A DNA stretch of 64,000 bases from an uncultured Eubacteriales bacterium (GTDB taxonomy: Bacteria; Bacillota; Clostridia; Lachnospirales; JAISER01), in contig CAZCQP010000002.1 of assembly GCA_964500895.1 (NCBI GenBank), positions 1,812 through 65,811 on the forward strand. The letters are read 5' to 3'. Within the stretch, counting starts at the first letter, position 1, and each line of letters opens with the position of its first letter. The notes under the pieces are model-generated. The model made no database searches, was not told the origin of the DNA, and saw nothing but the letters and a program-made list of their open reading frames with translations. The position numbers and the translations under genes are program-made. Below are positions 31,358 to 40,938 of this stretch, piece by piece.

Positions 31358-31998
31358 GACGCATTGTAGCCATTAACGGCAGCCCAAAAACCAAAGGGGT
31401 ATCGGCCATGCTTTTGGAACAGCTAGGCGGCCGCCTTCAAGGGAAGCTGGAAATAGAACAAGCCATGAAGCTGCTGAAAACCCCGGAAAAGCTGGCAGAC
31501 ATCCTTTCTGCCGACTGCCTGCTTATTGTGTACCCCCTTTATGTGGATGCCCTGCCTGCACCCCTTCTAAAAGTGCTAACCTTGCTGGAGGAAGCGGCCC
31601 AAACAGTAGCCCAAGACCAGCCCCTGCCAAAGGTTTATGCCCTGTGCAATTGCGGCTATGCAGAGCCACAGCAAATAAGCCTGTCTTTTAAAATGCTTCA
31701 ACATTTTTGCAGCAGGGCCGGGTTAACCTGGCAGCAGGGTGTGGCCATTGGTGCAGGTGGGTTTTTACAGCCCAAAATGAAAGATTTGACTAAAGGCCCC
31801 ACAAAACCAATTGCCCAGGCGCTGGATGCTTTAGCCAAAGCCGTCGATGGCCGGGAAGTGCCCAGCGGCCAGAACGTCTTTACAGCCCCACAAATTCCAC
31901 TGTTTATATACAAGGTAGGGGCCACCCTGTCCTGGCACATTGCAGCCCGGAAAAATGGGGCCAGCGGAAAGCTGAAAGCCAGGCCACACATGGAATGA
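31354..31998 (+). CDS. Flavodoxin-like / NAD(P)H-dependent oxidoreductase
   Basis: N-terminus MRRIVAINGSPKTKGVS is typical of the FMN-reductase fold. Overlaps the upstream gene by 4 nt. Confidence 0.6.
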   Translation: MRRIVAINGSPKTKGVSAMLLEQLGGRLQGKLEIEQAMKLLKTPEKLADILSADCLLIVYPLYVDALPAPLLKVLTLLEEAAQTVAQDQPLPKVYALCNCGYAEPQQISLSFKMLQHFCSRAGLTWQQGVAIGAGGFLQPKMKDLTKGPTKPIAQALDALAKAVDGREVPSGQNVFTAPQIPLFIYKVGATLSWHIAARKNGASGKLKARPHME

Positions 31999-32017
31999 GC
32001 ACCTTGATACACAAGGC

Positions 32018-34843
32018 CTAAATTAGCTTTTGATAAGTTTTCAGCAATTCTTCCCCCACAACACTCACCAGGTGCAATTCAGTGGGGTTGCCGATGCGCT
32101 TGGCGGTTTTCCTTGCCAGCTGATAATGGGCCACCGCTTTGTTTTTGGTGCCGATGTGCAATTCAATAAGGGCGGCATAGGCTTCCGCAGTGGCCAACCC
32201 CCACAGGGCATTAAACGCATGGAAACATTCAATGGCTTGTAGGATGTACCCCTTGGCTTCGGCGTACCGCTGCATTTTATATAGGGTTCGGCCAGCACAG
32301 GAATAAAACACCCCCAGCCCCCCGGCTTTTGGCTGGGTTTCGCTGGCATGGATGGCTTTTTCAAAATATTCAAAGGCGTGGGCGTAGTCTTCTTCGCATT
32401 CGTAACACTCGCCGATGTAGTTGTAGCAAACCGCCACAAACATCTCGTCATAACTGTTGCACTGTTGAATTTGCGCCACGGCTTTCCAGATGGTGTCTTT
32501 GGCTTTGGCATACTGACCTTTTTTCAGTTCATACAGCCCCCGCAGCCGGATAAACAGGCACCGTTCTTCGCAATGGCCGGTGAGCAGGGGCAACAGTTCC
32601 TCTGCTTGTACAATGTAATCAAGCATCACTTGTAAATCATTAATTTGAATGCCGTAATAAATCATTTGTTTAAAATTGTTTAGCAAGTAGGGCAAGTCTC
32701 CCTTTTGCCGGGCATAAGCCATGCTGTGGTTAATGTATGCCAAACCGTGTTCATAATCCCCCAGCCGGATGTAGTACCGCCCCAAAAGAAAATCCGTTTT
32801 CATGCGCACCAAGTCAAAATCTGCATGGCCTTCCCCGGCTTTTTTAATCTCCGAGGCCAGCTGCAAAAGCTGCTGGCTGCTGGAAGTTTCCGGCTTAGGG
32901 TTGCCAATGTCTTCGTAACTGGCAGACATATAGGGGTACGTTTCGTGGTACACAGCATAAAATTCCGTTAAATACTCAATTTTATAAATACAGCTTTGGT
33001 ACACATCGCCACAGGCGTTGTAATGGTAAATGAGCTTGGCACGCAAGTGAAACGTGGGCGTTTGGCTGTACAGCCCTTCGTAATAGGCGGCAATTTTTCG
33101 GTGCAAAATACGGCGCTTACCCACCGGCTGCATGCAGTGAATGTGCAGCCGTATTTTTTCGTGGGTGAAACAGTAAAAGGCTTGTCCCTCCGCCAATTCT
33201 TCTTTTATAAACTGCTGGGCCAGCAACGCTTCAACTGCTCGAAACACCCCCGCTTCATCGGTGCAAAGGCCACACGCCAGCATTTCTTCCAACGTTACCC
33301 CTTTAAAAAACAGTGCCATGGTACACAGCACTTCTTGCTCCTGTTGTGAAAGCACCAAAAACCGCTCTTGAATCATGTTCACAACCTTTGCCGAAAGCCC
33401 GGTTTGATAGCCTTTGTCTCGGATGGTTTCCAGCAGTTGTGTTAAAAACAAGGCGTTGCCTTCCGTGTCTTTGTAAATTTTATAAAGAATCCCCGGCCTG
33501 TCTTTCAGTTCCGGCAACCAGGCACAGGCAAACTGGGCGGTTTGGGCCTTGGTAAAGCGTTCCAAGGTTATGGTAAGCACCTGGGTGGTTTTTTCCAAAG
33601 CCTGCATAAACAGCCCCATGTTGGGCTGCCGATGGTTTCGGCAGCAAAGCAAAAAAGACATGCTGCGGTTGTTGCATTTGCGGATGATGGTTAACAAAAC
33701 CCGCTGGCTGGCAGCATCCATCCACTGCAAATCGTCAATGGCCAAAACAATTTTTTTGCCTGGGTTATTGGCTGTTAATTGGGCAAAGAGGGCTTCGAGT
33801 GCTTTTAAAAACCAGCCTTCATTCATGTTTTCGTGGGCCACCGGTTGTTCAAAAGGCGCATGAAGCAAACCGTTAAGCTGTGCCAGCAAATCATACCACA
33901 CGCAAAAGCTGGCAGAGGATTCATTTTGAAAGCAGGTGGTTTTGATGATAAGATACCGACTGTTGTCCAGAATGCGTAAGGTTTGGTTAAACAAAGCGGT
34001 CTTACCCACACCCGCCTCCCCAACAAGCAGCACCGGCTTTCCGGCATCTTCGGACAAACCGCTTAAACAATGGGTGGCGGTGTACAGCTCTGTATCCCGG
34101 CCCCAGAACATGGGGGCCGCTTCTTGCGGGGTGTGCTGGGCATATTCCCGCATTTCCATAATCTGTTCAAAAAGCTCTGTGGTTTTACGTTCCGGTTTTT
34201 CTCCTAAGTCCCGTTCTAAGATTTGTTCCAGCATGTTGTAGAGCATGATGGCCTGGTTGTATTGCCCCAGGGAAATATAAAGCTGCATCATCTCCCGGTA
34301 TGTTTGCTCACTGTACACATCGTTCTGGGAAATCAGCGTAATATAGCGCTGCAACTCCTCGTCCAAACTTTCGCCGGACTTGTTTTTAATGCGTTCTTTC
34401 AGTGCATGAACATACATGGCCTTGTAGTGTTTGCGTCGGCCTTCCACCCATTCTTCAAATTCCAGGCAGTTTTTAATGTAGAAACAATCTAAAAAATCCC
34501 CTTTGTAGGCCTCCACCACGTTGTTTTTGGTGATGTTGTCTGTGTCGATGACAATGTTGGCCAAGGGGTTTAATTCTATAATGCCGTTGCCTACGGCGAG
34601 AATGGTGTCCTCGCCCAATGTTTTCCTTAAACTATACAAAATGTCCCGCAGCCGGTTTCTGGCGGTTTTTTCATCGTTATCCGGCCAGAACAACCGCATC
34701 ACTGCCTCCCTGGTCATCATTTTATTGATGCAAAGGGCATAAAAAAGTGCCTCTGCCTTTTTGTACCGGAAACTGACGAAGGTTTGGTCTTGGTCCCACT
34801 TTACATAGGGCGTGCCCATTAGCGAAACGGTTAGGGGTTTCAT
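32018..34843 (-). CDS. Large SARP/AfsR-like regulator: winged-helix + BTAD + STAND P-loop NTPase + TPR
   Basis: N-terminal OmpR-type wHTH/BTAD-like segment (FRYKKAEALFYAL...RLFWPD...ARNRLRDILYSLRK), Walker A GEAGVGKT and a long C-terminal TPR-like helical repeat region. Start chosen at M23 behind RBS aaggag. Confidence 0.7.
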   Translation of the reverse strand: MKPLTVSLMGTPYVKWDQDQTFVSFRYKKAEALFYALCINKMMTREAVMRLFWPDNDEKTARNRLRDILYSLRKTLGEDTILAVGNGIIELNPLANIVIDTDNITKNNVVEAYKGDFLDCFYIKNCLEFEEWVEGRRKHYKAMYVHALKERIKNKSGESLDEELQRYITLISQNDVYSEQTYREMMQLYISLGQYNQAIMLYNMLEQILERDLGEKPERKTTELFEQIMEMREYAQHTPQEAAPMFWGRDTELYTATHCLSGLSEDAGKPVLLVGEAGVGKTALFNQTLRILDNSRYLIIKTTCFQNESSASFCVWYDLLAQLNGLLHAPFEQPVAHENMNEGWFLKALEALFAQLTANNPGKKIVLAIDDLQWMDAASQRVLLTIIRKCNNRSMSFLLCCRNHRQPNMGLFMQALEKTTQVLTITLERFTKAQTAQFACAWLPELKDRPGILYKIYKDTEGNALFLTQLLETIRDKGYQTGLSAKVVNMIQERFLVLSQQEQEVLCTMALFFKGVTLEEMLACGLCTDEAGVFRAVEALLAQQFIKEELAEGQAFYCFTHEKIRLHIHCMQPVGKRRILHRKIAAYYEGLYSQTPTFHLRAKLIYHYNACGDVYQSCIYKIEYLTEFYAVYHETYPYMSASYEDIGNPKPETSSSQQLLQLASEIKKAGEGHADFDLVRMKTDFLLGRYYIRLGDYEHGLAYINHSMAYARQKGDLPYLLNNFKQMIYYGIQINDLQVMLDYIVQAEELLPLLTGHCEERCLFIRLRGLYELKKGQYAKAKDTIWKAVAQIQQCNSYDEMFVAVCYNYIGECYECEEDYAHAFEYFEKAIHASETQPKAGGLGVFYSCAGRTLYKMQRYAEAKGYILQAIECFHAFNALWGLATAEAYAALIELHIGTKNKAVAHYQLARKTAKRIGNPTELHLVSVVGEELLKTYQKLI

Positions 34844-34921
34844 AGCCATTGCTCCTTGTCCATTCATGAAGTTTTGGCCGCCGGAATAAGACAAACCGGC
34901 GGCCTGCAAGGGACGTATGTA

Positions 34922-36334
34922 TTAGAATGGGCCGTATCCTGTCTGCACGGCAATCACCAGGAATACACAGGCGATGACGCACCAGAGTAAAAACAACGGC
35001 AGGAAAAATTTCACCCATTTGTTCCAGGAAATGTTGCTCATGGCCAAAGCGGCCATGAAGTAGCCGGAAGTAGGGGAGAGGATGTTGGTGAAAGCATCGC
35101 CGAACTGGTAAGCCAGAACAGCGGTTTGCTTGGTGATGCCCACCAATTCTGCTAAAGGTGCCATAATGGGCATGGTGATGGCCGCCTGGCCGGAGCCTGA
35201 AGGCACAATGACGTTAAAAATATCTTGCACAACAAACATACCAATGGCGCTTAACTGTGGTGGCATTCCTTTTAAGGCGCTGGCCATGCTGTAAATGATG
35301 GTGTCCATAATGGAGGCATCGGTCATGACCACGGTGATGGCTCTGGAAAAGCCAATAATAAGGGCGGCAAACATCATGGTAGCCGCACCGGCCACAAATT
35401 CCTTGGCAATTTCATTAATTTTAAGCCCGCCAACAATCCCGGCCACAATGCATAACAGCAGGAAAATGGCACTTAATTCGTCAATGTAAAAACCAAATTT
35501 CACCACGCCCACCACAATGGCCACAATGGCGGCTGCAAAGGACAGCAGCACCAGTTTGTGCCGGGTGGTGAAGGTGGGCACGGCGTCTAAATCTGCCGTA
35601 AACGTGGAGTTTTTATCTTCCACATACATGGAACTTAATTCAGGGTTTTTCTTAACTTTCTTGGCATACAGCATCACATAAATCACAGAGGTGAGGGTGA
35701 GTGCCACATAGGCCCATGCCCGCAAACCAATGCCGGAGAAAGGTGGAAGCCCTGAAATGCCCTGGGCAACCCCTACGGTGAAGGCGTTGGTCATGGCACC
35801 GGCAAAACCTGCGCCGCCGCCCACCAGCAAAATGGCTGTACCGGTGATGGAGTCGAACCCCAGCGCAATGCAAATGGGAACCATAATGGGAATGAAGGCC
35901 AGAAATTCCTCGGCATTGCCGATGAAGGTGCCCCCAAGAGAACAGATAATCATAATAACTGGAATGAGCAATAGCTCTTTCCCAGACATTTTTTTGCAGA
36001 TATTGGCCATGCCCACGTCAATGGCACCGGTGCTTTGAATAATTTTCACTGCGCCGCCAATGAAGAACATGAAGAAAATGATGTAGGCTGCGCCCTGCAT
36101 ACCTTTGGGCACTGCCAACAGCAAATCCATAAAGCTGGTAGGGTTTGAATCTACCGCATGGTAGGATAGGGGGTCTACGATATTTCGTCCTGTGGCTTCA
36201 TCCAGCACCCGGTCGTACTGACCGGCAGGCACGATGTAGGATGCAACAGCCGCCACAATAATGAAGATGGCAAGCAGCACCAGGGGGTCGGGCATTTTTA
36301 TTCCGGCTTTCTTTCCAGTTGTTTCGGCAGACAT
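34922..36334 (-). CDS. YfcC-family (DcuC-like) membrane transporter
   Basis: 470 aa polytopic membrane protein with N-terminus PDPLVLLAIFIIVAAVASYIVPAGQYDR, typical of YfcC. Confidence 0.7.
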   Translation of the reverse strand: MSAETTGKKAGIKMPDPLVLLAIFIIVAAVASYIVPAGQYDRVLDEATGRNIVDPLSYHAVDSNPTSFMDLLLAVPKGMQGAAYIIFFMFFIGGAVKIIQSTGAIDVGMANICKKMSGKELLLIPVIMIICSLGGTFIGNAEEFLAFIPIMVPICIALGFDSITGTAILLVGGGAGFAGAMTNAFTVGVAQGISGLPPFSGIGLRAWAYVALTLTSVIYVMLYAKKVKKNPELSSMYVEDKNSTFTADLDAVPTFTTRHKLVLLSFAAAIVAIVVGVVKFGFYIDELSAIFLLLCIVAGIVGGLKINEIAKEFVAGAATMMFAALIIGFSRAITVVMTDASIMDTIIYSMASALKGMPPQLSAIGMFVVQDIFNVIVPSGSGQAAITMPIMAPLAELVGITKQTAVLAYQFGDAFTNILSPTSGYFMAALAMSNISWNKWVKFFLPLFLLWCVIACVFLVIAVQTGYGPF

Positions 36335-36356
36335 GTAAAACCCTCCTCAAATTTTT

Positions 36357-37544
36357 TCATTGAAGCAAATCTAATGCAGCCTGTACAAAAAGCGCAGTAC
36401 CTTTGTAAATGACGCTATCGTCAATTGCAAATTTACTGTTGTGGTGAAAGTAGGTCACTCCGTCCTCGAAGTGGGCCTGGGGGTTGCACAGGAAGAAATA
36501 ACATCCCGGCACCCGTTCAAAGAAAAATGCCGCATCCTCGCCGCCCATCAATCCCTCCTCCATCATATGTATGGTGTCTTCAGCAAACATTTTCCTGGCC
36601 GAAGTTAAAAATGATTGTACCACACTTTTATTGTTAATTAAAGGGGGATAGCCGTCTAAAAATTCCAGTTCAAACTCACAGCGCATACTCATGCCAAGGC
36701 CTGTAAGGATTTCCCGTATTCGCTTAAAAATATAACTGCGCAGTTCTAAAGTGGCACAGCGGATGGTGCCCCGAAGTTCCGCTTCATCGGGAATGACGTT
36801 AAACGTGCCACGCCCGGCTTCCACGCTGGCTAGGGTGATAACGGCCGCTGCGGAAGGTTTAATCTCCCGGCTGATGATGTACTGCATGTTGTTAATGGCC
36901 AGTGCAGCAATGGCCACCGGGTCTATGCAAATTTCCGGTGTTGAACCGTGGCCCCCCTTGCCTTTAATCACAATGCGCACTTGATCGTCGGCGGCAAAGG
37001 TGTTGCCCATGCTCACCACGATTTCACCGTTTTTGTAGTTGCCGCCCACGTTTCCCACATGCAAAGCCAGCATGTAATCCACCTTGGGGTCTTCCAGCAC
37101 ACCGTCTTGCACCATGGGGTAAGCACCGCCAGGGCCTTCTTCCCCCGGCTGGAAAATAAGCTTCACTTGCCCTTCCATGGTGTCTTCCCGCTCTTTAAGC
37201 ATCTTGGCGGCACCCAGCAAAATAGCCGCATGGGCGTCGTGGCCGCAGGCGTGCATGTTTTCGTTTTCAGAGGAAAAAGGCAAACCGGTTTGCTCGGCCA
37301 CCCGCAAGCCGTCAATGTCTGCCCGCAAAGCCACCACTTTGCCGGGTTTATTGCCAATGACCGCCGTAATGCCTGAATGGTTTCTGTAGGTTTGGTATGT
37401 AATGCCCAGGTTATCCAGCTGTGTTTTGATGTAGTCGGCTGTTTTGGGCAAAACAAGCCCGCATTCTGGAAATTTGTGCAGTTCCCGCCGCCAGTTGATG
37501 ATTTGCGGGCTTAGATCACGGGCCTGTTGGAATATGGCATTCAA
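36357..37544 (-). CDS. M20D-family amidohydrolase (N-acyl-L-amino-acid amidohydrolase-like)
   Basis: 395 aa with metal-binding motif MHACGHDAH and GEEGPGGA. Confidence 0.85.
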   Translation of the reverse strand: MNAIFQQARDLSPQIINWRRELHKFPECGLVLPKTADYIKTQLDNLGITYQTYRNHSGITAVIGNKPGKVVALRADIDGLRVAEQTGLPFSSENENMHACGHDAHAAILLGAAKMLKEREDTMEGQVKLIFQPGEEGPGGAYPMVQDGVLEDPKVDYMLALHVGNVGGNYKNGEIVVSMGNTFAADDQVRIVIKGKGGHGSTPEICIDPVAIAALAINNMQYIISREIKPSAAAVITLASVEAGRGTFNVIPDEAELRGTIRCATLELRSYIFKRIREILTGLGMSMRCEFELEFLDGYPPLINNKSVVQSFLTSARKMFAEDTIHMMEEGLMGGEDAAFFFERVPGCYFFLCNPQAHFEDGVTYFHHNSKFAIDDSVIYKGTALFVQAALDLLQ

Positions 37545-37579
37545 TGGGCCGCCCCCCTGATTTTTTTAGATTTGGCAAT

Positions 37580-37763
37580 GAGGGGTTATATGCAAATATA
37601 ACCCCTCACGCAATATGGGACAAAGACCTTGGGAAACTTTTTCGAGAAAAAGTTTCCCAAACCCTTCAAAAAGCTTTTTAGGAAAATGCAGCTTTGCTGC
37701 ATTTTCAAGAAGTTCTTTGCTTCTTTCTTTCAAGAAAGAAGTAGGGTTCGGGGCAAAGCCCCG
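37580..37763. repeat. Cluster of five consecutive perfect hairpins/palindromes in the hutU-M20 intergenic region
   Basis: 37580-37607 gaggggttatat-gcaa-atataacccctc; 37631-37658 gggaaactttttcgagaaaaagtttccc; 37682-37706 gaaaatgcagc-ttt-gctgcattttc; 37720-37741 cttctttctttcaagaaagaag; 37749-37763 cgggg-caaag-ccccg. Confidence 0.8.
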
Positions 37764-37778
37764 AGGTCGGCCCTTGTT

Positions 37779-39497
37779 TTATCTTACATATTTGCCTTCT
37801 GGCCCGAAGGTCACTTTGTCTGCCGGTTCCCACCACAGCGGAATCTTAATGCCTTCGCTGGTCAGCTTGCCTTTGCCGTTGCACACGTCTTTGGCAATTT
37901 GATACCCAGCCTGGGCATGGCGCACAACGCCGATGCCGGAGTCTACGGTCATACAAGCTTCCAGGCGCAGGGCTGCTTCTTCTGTGCCGTCTGCAATCAT
38001 GGTTACGCCGGTGTGTACCGCTTCACCCATGGAGTAGTTGGCTTGAATGGCAATCAGGTCGCACATGCCTGCACAGTTGAGCAGGGCGTTTAAGTATGGC
38101 CAGTCGGAAATAAGGTCGCCGCCGTCCATCATGTTTTCCGATTCAAAGGTGGGGTTTACGATAGAGCCGGAGTCCAGGTTGTCTCTGGAGAAAGCCACGG
38201 GCCCTTTAATTTCGCCTTTTTTAATCAGCTCGTTCACTGCAAGGCCAAACCGTTTTCTTTGTCCAAAACCCATGTAACAAATACGTGCGGGCAGTGCTTC
38301 AATGGGCAGGTTCTTTCTGGCCAGTTTAATCCAGCGTTCCACCAGCGGGTCACCGGCGCAAACTTCAAGCGCCAGGTCATCCAAGCGGGCCAAGTCACTG
38401 GCTTCACCGGAAATACAGGTCCATCTGAAGGGGCCTCTGCCTTCGCAGAACAGCGGGCGGATGTATGCGGACACAAAGCCCGGAATTTGTTTGGCTTCTT
38501 CTGGTGCCATGCCGGCATCCATACACTCTTTCCGAATGCTGGTACCGTATTCAAACACTTCGGCGCCTTTTTTGGACATGGCAATCATAGCCCGCAGTTG
38601 CCGCTGCATGGTGTCTCTGGCATCTTTTAAATAAGCCACCCTGTCACGGCCACGGTATTCGTCTGCTTCTTCCCCGGTGTAGCCGGAAGGAATGTAGGAG
38701 ATGGGGTCATGGCATGGGCACATTTCGCTCACGATGTCTGGCATAAAGTCGTCCCGCTTCAGCACTTCCTCGTAAATGTCTGCTGCATTGGCGTACAGGC
38801 CGATGCCGATGGGTTTCTTTTCTGCCACATGTTTTTTAGCAATGGCAATGGCTTCGTCCAAGGTGTTTACCATTACGTCCATGTAGTTCTTTTCAATTCT
38901 TCTTTTAATGACACGTTCGTCAGCGTCCACCACAATGGCCACGCCGCCGTGCATTTTCATGGCCCAGGTCTGGTTGCCGCCCATGCCGCCAGCACCGGCT
39001 GTTAAATAAATTCTACCAGTCAGGTCGTTATTGAAGCTTTTGATGGCGATGGCAGACAAGGTTTCAAATGTGCCTTGAATAACCCCTTGGGTGCCTATGT
39101 ATTCCCATGGTGCAGCGGTGTATTGGGCAAACATGGTCAAGTTTTTATCTTGCAGGTCGTAGAAGGTTTCCCATGTGGCTTTCATGATGTTGGTGGTGGC
39201 CATCACCACCCGGGGGGCCAGTTTGTGGGTTTTAAACACAGCCACCGGCATACCGGATTGCACCACCATGGTCTCGTCGTTTTCCAGCTCTTTTAATGTT
39301 TGCACAATGGCATGGTAAGATTCCCAGTTGCGGGCGCATTTGCCGTTGCCGCCGTAAATAACCAGCAGTTCAGGAATTTCTGCGTTTTCCATGTTGTTTT
39401 CCAGCATACGCAGGATGGTTTCTTGCTTCCAGCCCTTGCACCGTAAGGTGTCGCCACGTTGGGCCTTTACGGAATATAATACTTCAGCTTTTGCCAT
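37779..39497 (-). CDS. hutU: Urocanate hydratase
   Basis: 572 aa, full-length urocanase pattern (GGMGGNQ, NYMDV, WEPADKV region). Confidence 0.92.
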   Translation of the reverse strand: MAKAEVLYSVKAQRGDTLRCKGWKQETILRMLENNMENAEIPELLVIYGGNGKCARNWESYHAIVQTLKELENDETMVVQSGMPVAVFKTHKLAPRVVMATTNIMKATWETFYDLQDKNLTMFAQYTAAPWEYIGTQGVIQGTFETLSAIAIKSFNNDLTGRIYLTAGAGGMGGNQTWAMKMHGGVAIVVDADERVIKRRIEKNYMDVMVNTLDEAIAIAKKHVAEKKPIGIGLYANAADIYEEVLKRDDFMPDIVSEMCPCHDPISYIPSGYTGEEADEYRGRDRVAYLKDARDTMQRQLRAMIAMSKKGAEVFEYGTSIRKECMDAGMAPEEAKQIPGFVSAYIRPLFCEGRGPFRWTCISGEASDLARLDDLALEVCAGDPLVERWIKLARKNLPIEALPARICYMGFGQRKRFGLAVNELIKKGEIKGPVAFSRDNLDSGSIVNPTFESENMMDGGDLISDWPYLNALLNCAGMCDLIAIQANYSMGEAVHTGVTMIADGTEEAALRLEACMTVDSGIGVVRHAQAGYQIAKDVCNGKGKLTSEGIKIPLWWEPADKVTFGPEGKYVR

Positions 39498-39557
39498 GAA
39501 AATTCCTCCTAAAATGATTATATGAAATGGGTGTGCGTCACCCCATTGTTACTGATG

Positions 39558-40877
39558 TTATCTAAAAAAGAAGTAGACGAAAGGTGTGGCCAGCAGCAGA
39601 GACAAAACAATCCGCTCGAACCAAACGATAACGATTTGCTTTAAACTGATCTTAATTTCGGTGCCCAAGATACAGGGGATAGCCCCGGAGAAGAATAACA
39701 CTTCCGATACACAAACAATGGCCATCACTGCTTGGGTTTTAAATGCGGTTTCTCCAATAATGCCCGCTGGCAGGAACATATCCGGCAGCGTTAGCGCCAA
39801 GCCTTTGGCCATAACCATGGCATCCGGGCCAAAGCCCAGCAGTTTGGTTAGAGGCAGGAAGATGTAGCCCAGCACATCAAAAACCGGTGTAAACTTGGCC
39901 AACACAAGGCCTAAAAAACCTACGGAAAGCAGGGTGGGGGCAATGGAGAGGGAGAGCCGCAACCCATCTTTAAAGTTTTTAACAATGCCGCCTACAATGT
40001 CTGGGGCATTTTTACAGGCATGTAAGCCTTCTGTAACGGCTGTAGCGGCCAGCTTGCCTTTAGGGGCCTCTGGTTCCGGCTTCACCGGTACATCGCCGTA
40101 GGTTAAGTCGGACATGCTGCGCAAGGGGAACAGCCGTGTGGTGATGGCTGTGACTAAAAAGGTGATGACCAAGGTGCCCCAGAAATACACGTTCCATCTG
40201 TCCATAAGCCCCAAAGTTTTGGCCACGATAATCATAAAAGTAGCGGAAACCGTGGAAAACCCTGTGGCAATGATGCTGGCTTCTTTGTTGGAATAGTAGC
40301 CTTCCTTGTACACCTTGTTGGTGATGAGCAGCCCAACGGAATAGCTGCCCACGAAAGAGGCCACAGCGTCAATGGCGGACCGCCCCGGTGTTCTCCACAC
40401 CGGCCGCATGATGGGGCGCATGAACACCCCTACAAATTCCATAAGGCCGTAGTTCATGATAAACGCCAGGAAAACCGCCCCAATGGGCACCAAAATGCTA
40501 ACGGGAATAACCACCTTCAAAAACACGAAGGGCATCATGTCTGGGGTGTGGATGCTTTCCGGCCCAAGCTTAAAGGCCGCCACAAACACCAGGGGAATAC
40601 CAATGATTTTAAGCACAGTAAAGACAAGGGTTACCGTATCTTTGCGCCAGGTTTTGTTGTAAAAGGGCAGTGCCGCCCCAAGGCACACCATCACAATGGC
40701 GTAGACTGTTCCAAAAAATGGCCAACTGCGCATCCATGTAACGATGTGGTCAATGGGAATGGTTTGCGCACCGTTTAAGGTGATGGGGATAAAAAACATA
40801 AAGATACCCAGTGCGTTAAGGAGAATGAATATAAGTACAGTTCCGCTTTGTACACCATTATTCTTTTCTGCCATCAA
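39558..40877 (-). CDS. YjiH/nucleoside-recognition (GATE) domain membrane protein, possible hut-linked permease
   Basis: 439 aa polytopic membrane protein lying between hutH and hutU. The family assignment is tentative. Confidence 0.5.
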   Translation of the reverse strand: MMAEKNNGVQSGTVLIFILLNALGIFMFFIPITLNGAQTIPIDHIVTWMRSWPFFGTVYAIVMVCLGAALPFYNKTWRKDTVTLVFTVLKIIGIPLVFVAAFKLGPESIHTPDMMPFVFLKVVIPVSILVPIGAVFLAFIMNYGLMEFVGVFMRPIMRPVWRTPGRSAIDAVASFVGSYSVGLLITNKVYKEGYYSNKEASIIATGFSTVSATFMIIVAKTLGLMDRWNVYFWGTLVITFLVTAITTRLFPLRSMSDLTYGDVPVKPEPEAPKGKLAATAVTEGLHACKNAPDIVGGIVKNFKDGLRLSLSIAPTLLSVGFLGLVLAKFTPVFDVLGYIFLPLTKLLGFGPDAMVMAKGLALTLPDMFLPAGIIGETAFKTQAVMAIVCVSEVLFFSGAIPCILGTEIKISLKQIVIVWFERIVLSLLLATPFVYFFFR

Positions 40878-40938
40878 AAACCCTCCTTCTTACAATACCA
40901 ACGCCTGCAACCTCCAATGTTTTTTCTTTAGTTTAGTC

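Noticed and set aside
37615-38093. Plus-strand ORFs of 95 and 154 aa.
   Set aside because: They start in the palindrome cluster and run antisense into hutU, so they are artefacts of the hairpins and the opposite-strand gene.
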